Shown: in pieces, positions 52,691 to 62,076 of the stretch
Position numbering within the stretch: position 1 is the first letter of the stretch
Layout of the letters: each line of letters opens with the position of its first letter
NCBI GenBank assembly: GCA_963733055.1
Contig: CAVTBR010000001.1
Span: 1,376,001-1,440,000 of the forward strand
Direction: 5' to 3'
Source of the DNA: Candidatus Bathyarchaeota archaeon
GTDB taxonomy: Archaea > Thermoproteota > Bathyarchaeia > 40CM-2-53-6
Length of the DNA stretch: 64,000 nt
Position numbers and translations under genes: made by a program
The notes under the pieces: model-generated
What the model was told of the DNA's origin: nothing
Seen by the model: the letters and a program-made list of their open reading frames with translations, nothing else
Databases searched by the model: none

Positions 52691-53467
52691 TTAGAGGATT
52701 ACGAAGAAGAAAAACACGATAACCAATAGGATTCTGTAGACGCCGAAAGGAATGAAGTTATGCTTTTTGACGTAACCTAGGAATAGTTTGATTGCAGGTA
52801 TGGCGACGAGGAAGGAAGCGACGAATCCAACGAGCAGCAGATCAACTTGGCCGGACGAGAATTCGTTGTAGGACATTAGCAGATCAAAACCCGAAGCCGC
52901 TGCCATAGTTGGTACTGCGAGAAGGAAAGAGAATAGGACGATCGTTTGACGCTTCATACCCAACGCCAAACCACCCATAATCGTGGGTGCTGACCTGGAA
53001 ACGCCGGGTATCACGGACACCGCTTGAAACAGGCCAATGAGGAGGCAGTCTCGGTATGGAATCTTGGATATGTCATCGACCTTTGCACGTTCCTTGTACC
53101 GCCACTCGAACAAAATAATGAATACGCCGCCCAAAAGTAAGGCCCACAAGACGATTTGTTCGTTCCCGAAGAGCACGTCTTTGAATAGCCTGTAGATCAG
53201 CAGCCCCACTATGCCCGTTGGAATGAACGCGACCAACAAGCGCTTGAGAACTTCGACATCAAGAAAATACCTCCAATAAAGTACCACCACCGCTAAAATT
53301 GACCCAAACTCGAGAGCGAGCTCGAAACTTTTGACAAATGGTGTCTGGGCGATGTTCAGCAGAACCGCGGCAAGTATCGTGTGGCCTGTTGACGAAACGG
53401 GTAGGAACTCGGTCAGCCCCTCAACTACCGCTAGTATAATCGCGTCAAACAAGTCCAAACTAGACAC
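52691..53467 (-). CDS. uppP: Undecaprenyl-diphosphate phosphatase (BacA family)
   Basis: VEGLTEFLPVSSTGH and PGVSRS motifs. Confidence 0.93.
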   Translation of the reverse strand: MSSLDLFDAIILAVVEGLTEFLPVSSTGHTILAAVLLNIAQTPFVKSFELALEFGSILAVVVLYWRYFLDVEVLKRLLVAFIPTGIVGLLIYRLFKDVLFGNEQIVLWALLLGGVFIILFEWRYKERAKVDDISKIPYRDCLLIGLFQAVSVIPGVSRSAPTIMGGLALGMKRQTIVLFSFLLAVPTMAAASGFDLLMSYNEFSSGQVDLLLVGFVASFLVAIPAIKLFLGYVKKHNFIPFGVYRILLVIVFFFFVIL

Positions 53468-53578
53468 GACGTTTCTTAGAGATTCTCGTCGTGAACCATT
53501 TGACGGTAGATTAGCATTACGGTTCCCGAGGCGTCAATTCAGGGAATCGTTTTTCAAGGATGGATCACACGAAGCAAC

Positions 53579-54217
53579 GTGACAAAGTTGACAATTAACA
53601 TCGACAAACATTCGGCACTAGTCGTCGTCGACATCCAGAACGATTTCTGCCCAGGCGGGGCCCTCGCCGTCACAGATGGCGACAAGGTAGTTCCCGTCCT
53701 CAACAAATACATCCAACTATTCCGAAACGCAGACGCGCCAATCATCTACACTCGGGATTGGCATCCACCTGACCATAGCTCATTCAAGTCGCAAGGCGGA
53801 CAGTGGCCACCGCACTGCGTTCAAGGTAGCGAGGGCGCGAAATTTCGCTCAGATCTTCTTCCCCCCACAGAAGGAGAGATTATTTCCAAGGCGGATCGAA
53901 ATGATGAAGCGTATTCATTTTTCAAGGGCACGGATCTAGCGCATCGGCTGAAGCGGCTGAAGCTCCGGCTTGGATTGAGAGGTGGAATCAGGGCCCTCTT
54001 TGTTGGAGGGCTCGCGACAGATTACTGTGTTAGGGAGACGGTTTTGGACGTGTTGAAGCTCGGCTTTCAGGTTTACTACTTAGACGATGCTTCGAGAGGG
54101 GTGAATGTGAAACCTGAAGATTCGAAACTTGCGGTGCAGGATATGATTTCGAAAGGGGCAACGCAAGTTACTTTAGCAGACCTATCCTCCGATTCGTCTC
54201 AGCCGGGGAAGAAGTAG
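53579..54217 (+). CDS. pncA: Nicotinamidase/pyrazinamidase
   Basis: VDIQNDFCPGGALAV, DWHPPDHSSF, WPPHCVQG, GLATDYCV. Confidence 0.93.
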   Translation: MTKLTINIDKHSALVVVDIQNDFCPGGALAVTDGDKVVPVLNKYIQLFRNADAPIIYTRDWHPPDHSSFKSQGGQWPPHCVQGSEGAKFRSDLLPPTEGEIISKADRNDEAYSFFKGTDLAHRLKRLKLRLGLRGGIRALFVGGLATDYCVRETVLDVLKLGFQVYYLDDASRGVNVKPEDSKLAVQDMISKGATQVTLADLSSDSSQPGKK

Positions 54218-54525
54218 GGCAGGCTTTGGGAAGGAGGTGGCGCAGCGCCTCCAGGTTCTGCATAGTGCGTTTTCGCCTCAATCTTGACGATCCGGACTAG
54301 ATGATGCTCCGTTAGGACCCTGTATTGGTCCGAGAAACCGAGTTGATGTAATGCGTGTTTTACATGAAGCTTGACGTCCTTTACACCGCAGCTTCTGCCG
54401 TTAACTGTGTCGGGAATGAGGAGCATCTTCCCTTTCACCTGGACTTCCGTCTTCAATCTCTTGCCTAGAATTTCCGCGATATCCTTACCGACCTTTTTGA
54501 GGTCGCCCAAATCGACCTCTACCAT
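54199..54525 (-). CDS. Small basic protein, possible eL22 (L22e)-like ribosomal protein
   Basis: Size and pattern (VKLHVKHALHQLGFSDQYRV) resemble the eL22 C-terminal helix-strand; recalled similarity only. Confidence 0.5.
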   Translation of the reverse strand: MVEVDLGDLKKVGKDIAEILGKRLKTEVQVKGKMLLIPDTVNGRSCGVKDVKLHVKHALHQLGFSDQYRVLTEHHLVRIVKIEAKTHYAEPGGAAPPPSQSLPYFFPG

Positions 54526-54655
54526 GAACCATTGCCCAGAACTAGCGTCTCATTATGCTCTTTTACACGTTACTCTTCGCAAACCAAGCAGGGTCCCGCA
54601 AAAAAACGGGTGAATCCATGCCAACCTTTGGGGTCGGGTTTAGGGTTCTGATCCT

Positions 54656-54802
54656 CTAGAGAGGCAGGCGGACGATCTGTCCGCATCCTTCACACCTGAG
54701 AAATTCGTAGAGGTCATTCCTGAAAAGGAACCGGATCTTCTTGGGGTGCGTGCACATCTTTACGACATCGAACTTTTTCAAATCATTCACCAAACTAACC
54801 AT
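54656..54802 (-). CDS. Small zinc-ribbon-like hypothetical protein
   Basis: CTH...CEGCG in 48 aa. Confidence 0.45.
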   Translation of the reverse strand: MVSLVNDLKKFDVVKMCTHPKKIRFLFRNDLYEFLRCEGCGQIVRLPL

Positions 54803-55065
54803 ACAGCTCCGTTGACGATATTCTGGAGACGTGTGTGAAAGTGTTCGACTTGAGAGAGAATTTAGCAGAATGCGACAACTTGAGTCGATGGTTAGTGCAT
54901 GTTTAGGGTTAGTCCAACCATGTGGGTTTCTTCGAGGGTCTCGGAAATGCTTCATAGATGTCAAGGATTGACCGTAGGCGTCCTTGCTTAGGTTGCTAGC
55001 TTAGGGTGACAAAATGAATGCGAAAGTATTGAGCAAGTACTCACGATAACCTTGCCTACACCTAC

Positions 55066-55968
55066 CTATTCTCCACGCACTGGGTTGCGGAGGGTTCCGA
55101 TTCGGCTTATGGTTCCCTCGAGACTGTCTCCGTCTTTAAGGTAAGGGCCGCCGGTAAACGCTGCAACTCCTTCGGGGGTTCCGGTTGAGATTATGTCGCC
55201 CGGCGTTAGAGTCATGCCTTTCGAAGCGTATTCAATTATTGAGTCAATACGGAAGACCATCTCTCCGGTAGTCGATTGCTGCCTCGTTTTCCCGTTGACC
55301 GCGAGAGAGATTTCCAGGTTGTGAGGGTCGGGTATTTCGTCGGCGGTTACCAGCCATGGTCCTAGGGGGAATGAGGAGTCAAGCCCTTTCCCCTTTACCC
55401 AATTCAACCCAAGGGTGGTAGTTCCGTCCGGTTGGCGGGTGGAGAATTGCCAGTCCCTGAAGCTAATATCGTTTGAGATCGTGTAGCCCGCAACGTAACT
55501 CATCGCGTCCTTCTTGGGAATGTTCTTGCCCACTTTACCTATGATAACCGCGAGTTCAACCTCCCAATCGGCTTTCTGAGAAACGCTCGGAATTAGAATC
55601 GGATCGCCTGGTCCGATTAGGCAGTTTCTGAATTTCGTAAAGAGATACGGTTCCGTCGGGGAAGTCTCCTTCGATTCCTTACCATGGGAATAATAATTAA
55701 TGGCCATGAGAAGGATCTTCTCCGGGTTAAGGATCGGGCTGCGGAGCCTCACCGATGCAACAGGTAACCCCTCCACTTTCTCGGTAAAATCGTCCCAGCC
55801 AATCAGCGAAGAAAGCCCACCGCTCGCGAGAAGCGAGTCGATGGTAATTATTTCACTGAGGTCGGGCACCTGCAACTTCTTGGCAACTTCCTGCAAGTCG
55901 AAAATGCGATCGCCTTGAACTAATCCGACCCGAGTTAAGTTGTCTCTAACGTAGTGCGCAAGTTTCAA
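55066..55968 (-). CDS. Fumarylacetoacetate hydrolase family protein
   Basis: NYYSH, DWEVELAVIIGK, NDISFRD, KG.D...PLGP, PGDIISTGTPEG. Confidence 0.93.
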   Translation of the reverse strand: MKLAHYVRDNLTRVGLVQGDRIFDLQEVAKKLQVPDLSEIITIDSLLASGGLSSLIGWDDFTEKVEGLPVASVRLRSPILNPEKILLMAINYYSHGKESKETSPTEPYLFTKFRNCLIGPGDPILIPSVSQKADWEVELAVIIGKVGKNIPKKDAMSYVAGYTISNDISFRDWQFSTRQPDGTTTLGLNWVKGKGLDSSFPLGPWLVTADEIPDPHNLEISLAVNGKTRQQSTTGEMVFRIDSIIEYASKGMTLTPGDIISTGTPEGVAAFTGGPYLKDGDSLEGTISRIGTLRNPVRGE

Positions 55969-56324
55969 GTTAATTCATCCACTCAAGGACCCGATCGAGC
56001 TGAATCTGTCGGATTTGGGACAGGCAATTAAGTGTGTGGTTTGCTGAATTAGAAATTCGGGAAATTCGGCGCTTACTCTCCGCACTGTCTTTTCTCCAAC
56101 CAGCCTTAACTACGTGAACGACACAAACATTCTCCGATTGGGAGGCTACTCCCTTGACTCGACGAAAGCTGAAAGGAAAGCTCCGAACGAATAGGCAACA
56201 TGAGCAACCCATCCCGCCGCCGCAAGAAACCGTAGCGTGAACGCGAACTAAGCGCAGCTGTCTGCAGGGCTGGCAATCTTAATATCCGCTCGGCCGCTTA
56301 CCGCGCTTAGCTAGCTACGCGTGA

Positions 56325-56882
56325 TTGTTCTTGGAGCAGACTTTGATCCTTGTGGACAACAATGACAGGATACTGGGGTATGCCCCACGAACGATCTGCC
56401 ATACAGGAAAGGGAAAACGACATAGGGCCTTTGTGGTTGCACTATACAACAGCACAGGCGAGCTGCTTCTGCAACGAAGAAAACATGATTTATTCTCAAA
56501 TAGGTGGGACCTAACCGGCGCAAGCCACCCCTTACGATTGACGTCGAGGAATGAGTCCTATTCGGAAGCCGCCGCCCGTTGCGTGAGACGAGAGTTCGGA
56601 GTCGGTGGGATATCGTTCAGAAAGATTGGCGCATTCAACTACTTCGACCAACAGGGAAGGAAGTGTGAAAACGAACACTGCGCACTAATAGTTGGCAAAT
56701 ACGATGGCAAAGTGAAACCAAATCCAAAAGTTGCTTACGGGTACAAGTGGACCCCGCTCCGTGAAACCTTGAAGGAGATCCGCAAGAATCCGGAGGCATT
56801 CGTCATGTGGGCAAGGCTAGGTGCTAAGGTCCTTCGAAACAATAATCTTGGCAAGCGTCTCCTGACGACGAAGCAGAATTAA
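56325..56882 (+). CDS. idi: Type 1 isopentenyl-diphosphate isomerase-like Nudix protein
   Basis: CH...HRAF, LLLQRR, W...ASHP, CENEHC, YKW. Confidence 0.75.
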   Translation: MFLEQTLILVDNNDRILGYAPRTICHTGKGKRHRAFVVALYNSTGELLLQRRKHDLFSNRWDLTGASHPLRLTSRNESYSEAAARCVRREFGVGGISFRKIGAFNYFDQQGRKCENEHCALIVGKYDGKVKPNPKVAYGYKWTPLRETLKEIRKNPEAFVMWARLGAKVLRNNNLGKRLLTTKQN

Positions 56883-56951
56883 CTTACTTCTTTCCCGTTT
56901 TTCAAGGCAATAGGCATTTATTCTCTCAACAAGCTTGCATCAACGATTCCA

Positions 56952-57239
56952 ATGGTCCTCGTAGAAGATTTGTTTAACGTCGGCACAGGAGCAATCATTC
57001 TCGTCCTGGTCGTTCTTGCAAACTTTTACCAGTTCCGGGTGAGACGCCGCTTTAGCGGGGTAATTGGAAAGATAATGTTTTGGTATTCCATGGGCCTCGG
57101 TTCAATGTTAGCCGCGACGATATTCTACTGGATCGCATTCCCTCTTCGAATGGACCTCCTCACCATAAACCTTGCCGGCCGCGTATTCGACATCGCGGCC
57201 ATCGCATGCTTCTTGAAGGGTGCGATGGTCATACGGTGA
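56952..57239 (+). CDS. Small 3-TM hypothetical membrane protein
   Basis: Three hydrophobic segments in 95 aa. Confidence 0.6.
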   Translation: MVLVEDLFNVGTGAIILVLVVLANFYQFRVRRRFSGVIGKIMFWYSMGLGSMLAATIFYWIAFPLRMDLLTINLAGRVFDIAAIACFLKGAMVIR

Positions 57240-57272
57240 ACCATCACGGCACAACAGGTTACGATTGATGAG

Positions 57273-57830
57273 GTGGTGCAGCTAGGCCTCGTCGGCCTTC
57301 CTTCAAATTACTTGATCATGGTGACCAGCCCACCGGAGGACTATGTGGGGACTATACTCTCGGTCCTCCGACACGTCGTGACTCCGGAAACGATAGGAGT
57401 TTACATTTCCGTGAACAAACCATACTTCTCTTTAACGGAGATAATGCAGGCACAAGAAATTCCAACTCAAAACATGTACTTTATCGATTGCGCATCTGGC
57501 CTGATGGGGAAGGAACCCCAAGAGCTTGAAAAGACCTACATCCTCAGCGGCCCAACAAATCTCACTGAACTCAGCATCACCCTCTCAACGCTGCTATCTT
57601 CCGACAAGCTGAAGGGCAAAGAGTCACAGACTATTCTATTCCTAGACTCAATCTCCACATTTCTGATCTATAATGACGCTAACGTAGTCGCGAGATTCCT
57701 CCACACAATCGCGGGACGAGTGCGAACACACAACATCCGAGGCGTATTCTTCTCACTCCACGACGACATAACAAAAGGTGCGATAGCGAGCACAGTACAA
57801 TTTCACGACAAAGTCCTACGTATCGACTAA
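57273..57830 (+). CDS. KaiC/RecA-fold-like protein without Walker A
   Basis: GVYISVNKP, FIDC, PTNLTELSI, LFLDSISTFLIYN. Confidence 0.7.
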   Translation: MVQLGLVGLPSNYLIMVTSPPEDYVGTILSVLRHVVTPETIGVYISVNKPYFSLTEIMQAQEIPTQNMYFIDCASGLMGKEPQELEKTYILSGPTNLTELSITLSTLLSSDKLKGKESQTILFLDSISTFLIYNDANVVARFLHTIAGRVRTHNIRGVFFSLHDDITKGAIASTVQFHDKVLRID

Positions 57831-58011
57831 CCCAGCACTCCGAGTAACACCTCTCCACCAAGAGTGGAACTTCGAAGCTGAAGCTCCGCGAGCTACATTC
57901 CATCCTATCATCGTTTCGACTTGGTTGACGCCGCTGGAGTTTAGCCGCCGAGTAAATTCAGTAGTGAAAATTACCAAGTGTCCTAGGCAAGGTTTATTGA
58001 CTGATGGGTAA

Positions 58012-59845
58012 GTGGTTGCGGAAAAAGTCTGGTCAGATATGCAGTATAAGTGGACAGTGCTCACAAACACGACAATGGGTATCGTGCTTGCCTCAGTGGA
58101 CATTAACATCCTCATCATAGCACTGCCCGCTATCTTCCGCGGAATCAATCTGGACCCGCTGTCGCCCGGCGCATTCGACTACTTGCTGTGGATTATCTTC
58201 GGTTATGATGTCGTAACGGCCACTTTGCTCGTTACGTTCGGTCGGCTTTCAGATATGTTCGGACGTGTTCGATTGTATAATATGGGGTTCGCAATCTACA
58301 CATTCGGTTCAATTCTGCTTTATTTGGTTCCGGATAAGGGGCAGATGGGGGCGCTTGAATTACTCACCTTCCGCCTCGTTCAAGGGGTCGGAGGCGCGTT
58401 GATATTTTCAAACAGTGCAGCTCTGATAACTGACGCATTCCCAACAGCTGAACGTGGAAGGGCACTTGGAATCAATCAAGTAGCGGTACTCGTTGGAAGC
58501 CTTCTCGGCCTGGTTCTTGGTGGAGTGTTGGCCGTCTATGATTGGCGCTATGTCTTCCTGATCAGCGTACCCTTCGGACTCTTTGGAACAGGCTGGTCTT
58601 ACTTGAGGTTACGCGAACTTGCTGTGATCAAGAAAGGACAGAAAATCGATGTTTGGGGAAACATAACGTTCGCCGCAGGCCTCACAATCCTCCTGGTTGG
58701 AATGACTTATGGGCTGTTGCCCTTCGGGAATTCTGCGATGGGATGGGGCAACCCCTTCGTAATTAGTTGCCTAGGCTTGGGTACTGGTCTGCTGATCATA
58801 TTTCCGTACGTCGAGAGCCGAGTTGAAGACCCGATGTTTAGGATGGAGTTCTTCAGGAACCGTGGGTTCACTGCCGGAAGCCTTGCTGCATTCATCGCCT
58901 CCCTCTCAAGAGGCGGAGTTATGCTGATGCTCGTAATTCTTTTGCAAGCTGTTTGGCTGCCGCTTCATGGGTTCAGTTACCAGGACACACCATTCTGGGC
59001 CGGAATTTACATGGTGCCAATGAGCCTCGGTTTCGTTTCCGCGGGTCCGGTTAGTGGATGGATGTCGGATAAGAAAGGAGCTCGAGGACTAGCTTCGGGT
59101 GGAATGTTCTTCCTGTGTGCGATTTTCTTATTCCTGTCGATGCTCCCATACGACTTTGCGTATCCAACATTCGCTGGTTCCCTGTACGTTATGGGGATCG
59201 CCTTCGGAATGTTTGCTTCACCAAACACATCATCAATAATGGGGACCGTCCCGCCTGAACGACGGAGCTCGGCGGCGGGTATGCTCTTCACATTGCAGAA
59301 CACGGGCGGTACCGTGGGCCTAACAGTACTGTTCACGGAAGTCGTGGTCGCGCTAAGTGGAACGCTTCCGAAAGCCATGTCCGCGGCGGTAACGGCAGCT
59401 GGCGCTCCGCAACTCGGCCCACTCCTCGCGGGAATCCCACCCACAATCGCACTCTTCGCAGCATTCTTAGGATACAACCCAATGCAAACAATAATCTCGC
59501 AGACTCCCAGGCAGCTCCAGCGCCCATCTAAGTTCACAAGCTATCTCAACAATCACGTCGGCGACTTGGTTCCCGAACGCCATCGCTGAATCATTCATTG
59601 GAGCGCTCCATACAGCATTCTACTTCAACGCTGGTTTGGCCATCGTTGCGGCACTAGCTTCCCTCATGCGCGGGAAGAAACTGGCCCACGAGCATCAAGG
59701 AAACCTGCATCAAGTGAACACACCCATTAGGACCAGGACGAGGCACGTCACAAGCCCGCTCAGCGGTTCTCATGATAAACGTCAAGCGACGAAGACCTCT
59801 CGCCGCTCAAATAGTCCCGTGCACGGGAAGAATTTAGCGATCTAA
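58012..59845 (+). CDS. MFS transporter (DHA2/EmrB-like); apparent 1-nt insertion near 59503
   Basis: GRLSDMFGR, FRLVQGVGG, ERGRALG, ALFAAFLGYNP; removing one A joins it to TWFPNAI...SLMRGKK ending at 59845. Confidence 0.9.
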
Positions 59846-59880
59846 AGTTCCAGAACTTACCCGCTGAAATCAGTGGGATT

Positions 59881-60900
59881 CTACTGGGAATGCTGAGGTT
59901 CCTGGGTTTGTGGCGGCACGTAATTTGCCGCGTAAGGGTTGACCGATTGAGTCTTCTTCGGCCGACCGCTACGCTGACCCAGAGCGAGCGCGGCAACCGC
60001 GATTATGCCGAAAGCAATTACGAGGTAGGTCAGGTAACGGTTGGTTGAGTTTGCGCTGTTGAGTTGAGAGGTTAGGTTCGAATTGTCGGAGCTTGCCTGT
60101 GAAATTGATCCTTGAGCGTTTTGGAGGTTATTTTGAAGTTGTTGGTTTTGTTGATTTTGTTGATTTACTTGCTGTTGCAAATTCTGAATTTGTGCTTGCT
60201 GTTGGCTCAGTTGTTGTTGCTGGGCTTGATATTGTGAGAGGAGCGAGGTGTATTCTGGTGTTGTTGCGTTAACATATGAGAGGGGCGAGATTCCGGTGTA
60301 TGTTAGCGTCACGTAGGAATATTGTGGGTATGAGTAGGAGTTGTAGTTAGGGTAGTATGAGCATTGGTTGTCGTAGGAATATGATGGGTATGAGCTGCAA
60401 TCGTAATAATTCCCGTAGTAATTAGAGGAGTAAGAGTATGAGTTAACGTAGCCGTATTTTACGGATTCAGTGAATGTGGCAAAAAGCGATGTTCTCGGCA
60501 TTCCTTGTGGAAGGGAGATCGGGATATTGCTAGTGAAGCTATTGCCAGAGGAAACACTCTGAGCGCCGACGATGGTAGCCGACGCTAACTGGTGAAGGGT
60601 ATTGCCGTCGACGTAGTAAACGTAGGCGGTCAGGCCGTAGAGGGTAACGGAGGATTTGGCCGTTGCCACAATCTGGATTTGAGTGTTCGTGCCCGGTAAA
60701 ACAACGGACGGATATTGTACCTGAATGGTGAAGTCTTGTAGACTAACGGATGCGTTAATCTGCGTCGAATTGGCATGCGCAGGTCGCGCAATCACCATCA
60801 TAACCACTACTGCGAGAGTTAACGATAGAGAGAGAATCGGAGCACGTTTACGCCACAAACTACCGAACATGGGCTGCACTATAGATCGCAGATACTTCAT
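59881..60900 (-). CDS. Membrane-anchored surface protein with Tyr/Ser/Asn-rich segment and Gln-rich coiled coil
   Basis: Signal peptide (PAHA), beta-rich domain, YSYSSNYYGNYY region, QQQ heptads, C-terminal TM helix. Confidence 0.8.
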   Translation of the reverse strand: MKYLRSIVQPMFGSLWRKRAPILSLSLTLAVVVMMVIARPAHANSTQINASVSLQDFTIQVQYPSVVLPGTNTQIQIVATAKSSVTLYGLTAYVYYVDGNTLHQLASATIVGAQSVSSGNSFTSNIPISLPQGMPRTSLFATFTESVKYGYVNSYSYSSNYYGNYYDCSSYPSYSYDNQCSYYPNYNSYSYPQYSYVTLTYTGISPLSYVNATTPEYTSLLSQYQAQQQQLSQQQAQIQNLQQQVNQQNQQNQQLQNNLQNAQGSISQASSDNSNLTSQLNSANSTNRYLTYLVIAFGIIAVAALALGQRSGRPKKTQSVNPYAANYVPPQTQEPQHSQ

Positions 60901-61028
60901 TCGGGCTCTTATTACTAAGGAGAAGATGTGTCTCCCTATACTAAGTCGTTGATTCGACCAGAATTTGCATACCCAAAATTTGAGAGACAGTCACAAAATG
61001 GATGGAGACAGTCTAATTCGTGGTAAGG

Positions 61029-61646
61029 TCATGGGTTCGAGGTTGTCGGGAAGGCTATGCCTTGGAAGATTCCGTGTCCGTGGCACTTCAACACTTGGGT
61101 CAAGTCTTCAAGTTGTTGCTCCTTCAACCATTCCTGGCAATCATAAGCGCAGATTGCTGACAACGGAATATTGAACCGTATTCCAGCCAATCGCTCATAT
61201 TCGAGTATGCCAGCGCGGTCCGTGTATTTTGTCAGCATCCCTGTAATATCGAGTATTCTCAGCCCGACAAAGCCAGACCGACGTCTATCCTCGATAAGAC
61301 TTGCTGCATACTCTAGCGCACGTTTAGTGTTTACTTGACCTCGATGGAGGTAGAAGTCCTCTATCTCAATCTGAGCAATCTGTCCAGGTTTCGTAATGGA
61401 GCTTTCCTCTATGCTCGGCGATTCGAGAAGCTGGTTATAGATTTGAGAAGGGCCGACGAAGAGAGTTGCTTCATTTGCTTCCACTCCTCCATTGAAATAT
61501 GCTGCGAAAACCCTAGCGAGAGTATTAGTGTCATCATAGAAGAGGACGGCGTGATCCCCAAGGGATAAACGCCGCACGTACCCCTCGACATCCGCTGATG
61601 CCAGTTTACTCACCAACACCTGCTTTCGTTGCGATCCTGATCGCAT
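61029..61646 (-). CDS. Stand-alone MEDS sensory domain protein
   Basis: GDHAVLFYD, GFVGLRI, LEYE, AICAYD, H motif. Confidence 0.82.
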   Translation of the reverse strand: MRSGSQRKQVLVSKLASADVEGYVRRLSLGDHAVLFYDDTNTLARVFAAYFNGGVEANEATLFVGPSQIYNQLLESPSIEESSITKPGQIAQIEIEDFYLHRGQVNTKRALEYAASLIEDRRRSGFVGLRILDITGMLTKYTDRAGILEYERLAGIRFNIPLSAICAYDCQEWLKEQQLEDLTQVLKCHGHGIFQGIAFPTTSNP

Positions 61647-61743
61647 CGGAGTGAACGGACCTTTGTTTCATTAGAAGTTTTCAGCTTATTGAACCGACTT
61701 GTATCGGTGAATATAACAATTGAAATCTTGATATAAAATAGAT

Positions 61744-61903
61744 TGGTGCTCCGGGCGGGACTTCCGTGGCACTTAGGTGCCATTTCGAACCCGCGATCAC
61801 TGACTTTCCCTGCCCTTTAGGCTCGAAAGGCCAGTATGCTCTCGGTCTCGCTAATAGCTAGCTAACCGGGCTACACTCGGCAGACATTGGCTTCCACCGG
61901 AGC
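61744..61903 (-). tRNA. tRNA-Glu(TTC) with four introns, CCA encoded
   Basis: Exons 61894-61903, 61863-61875, 61824-61840, 61784-61805 and 61744-61760 join into a 79-nt cloverleaf; each intron has a 4-bp central helix with 3-nt bulges. Confidence 0.9.
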
Positions 61904-62076
61904 ACTAAGCACTCGGAGCGTCCTTTCGTTTGGGGGTCGTCTCAATTAACGCTTTTCCGGCAGAACGCCGCGGGACAATAAGAGGGACTGTCAGGGATGG
62001 CGATGCCGTATTTGGATTTTAGCTGCTGCTCCCAAGCCCCATACAGAGTTCGAAGTCTCTCTTGACCGCTCTCCAA

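Noticed and set aside
53945-53970. CGGCTGAAG tandem duplication in pncA (RLKRLK)
   Set aside because: Short in-frame duplication away from the catalytic motifs; no sign of a contingency locus
60120-60230. TTG/CAA-rich quasi-repeat
   Set aside because: Explained by Gln/Asn codons of the coiled coil
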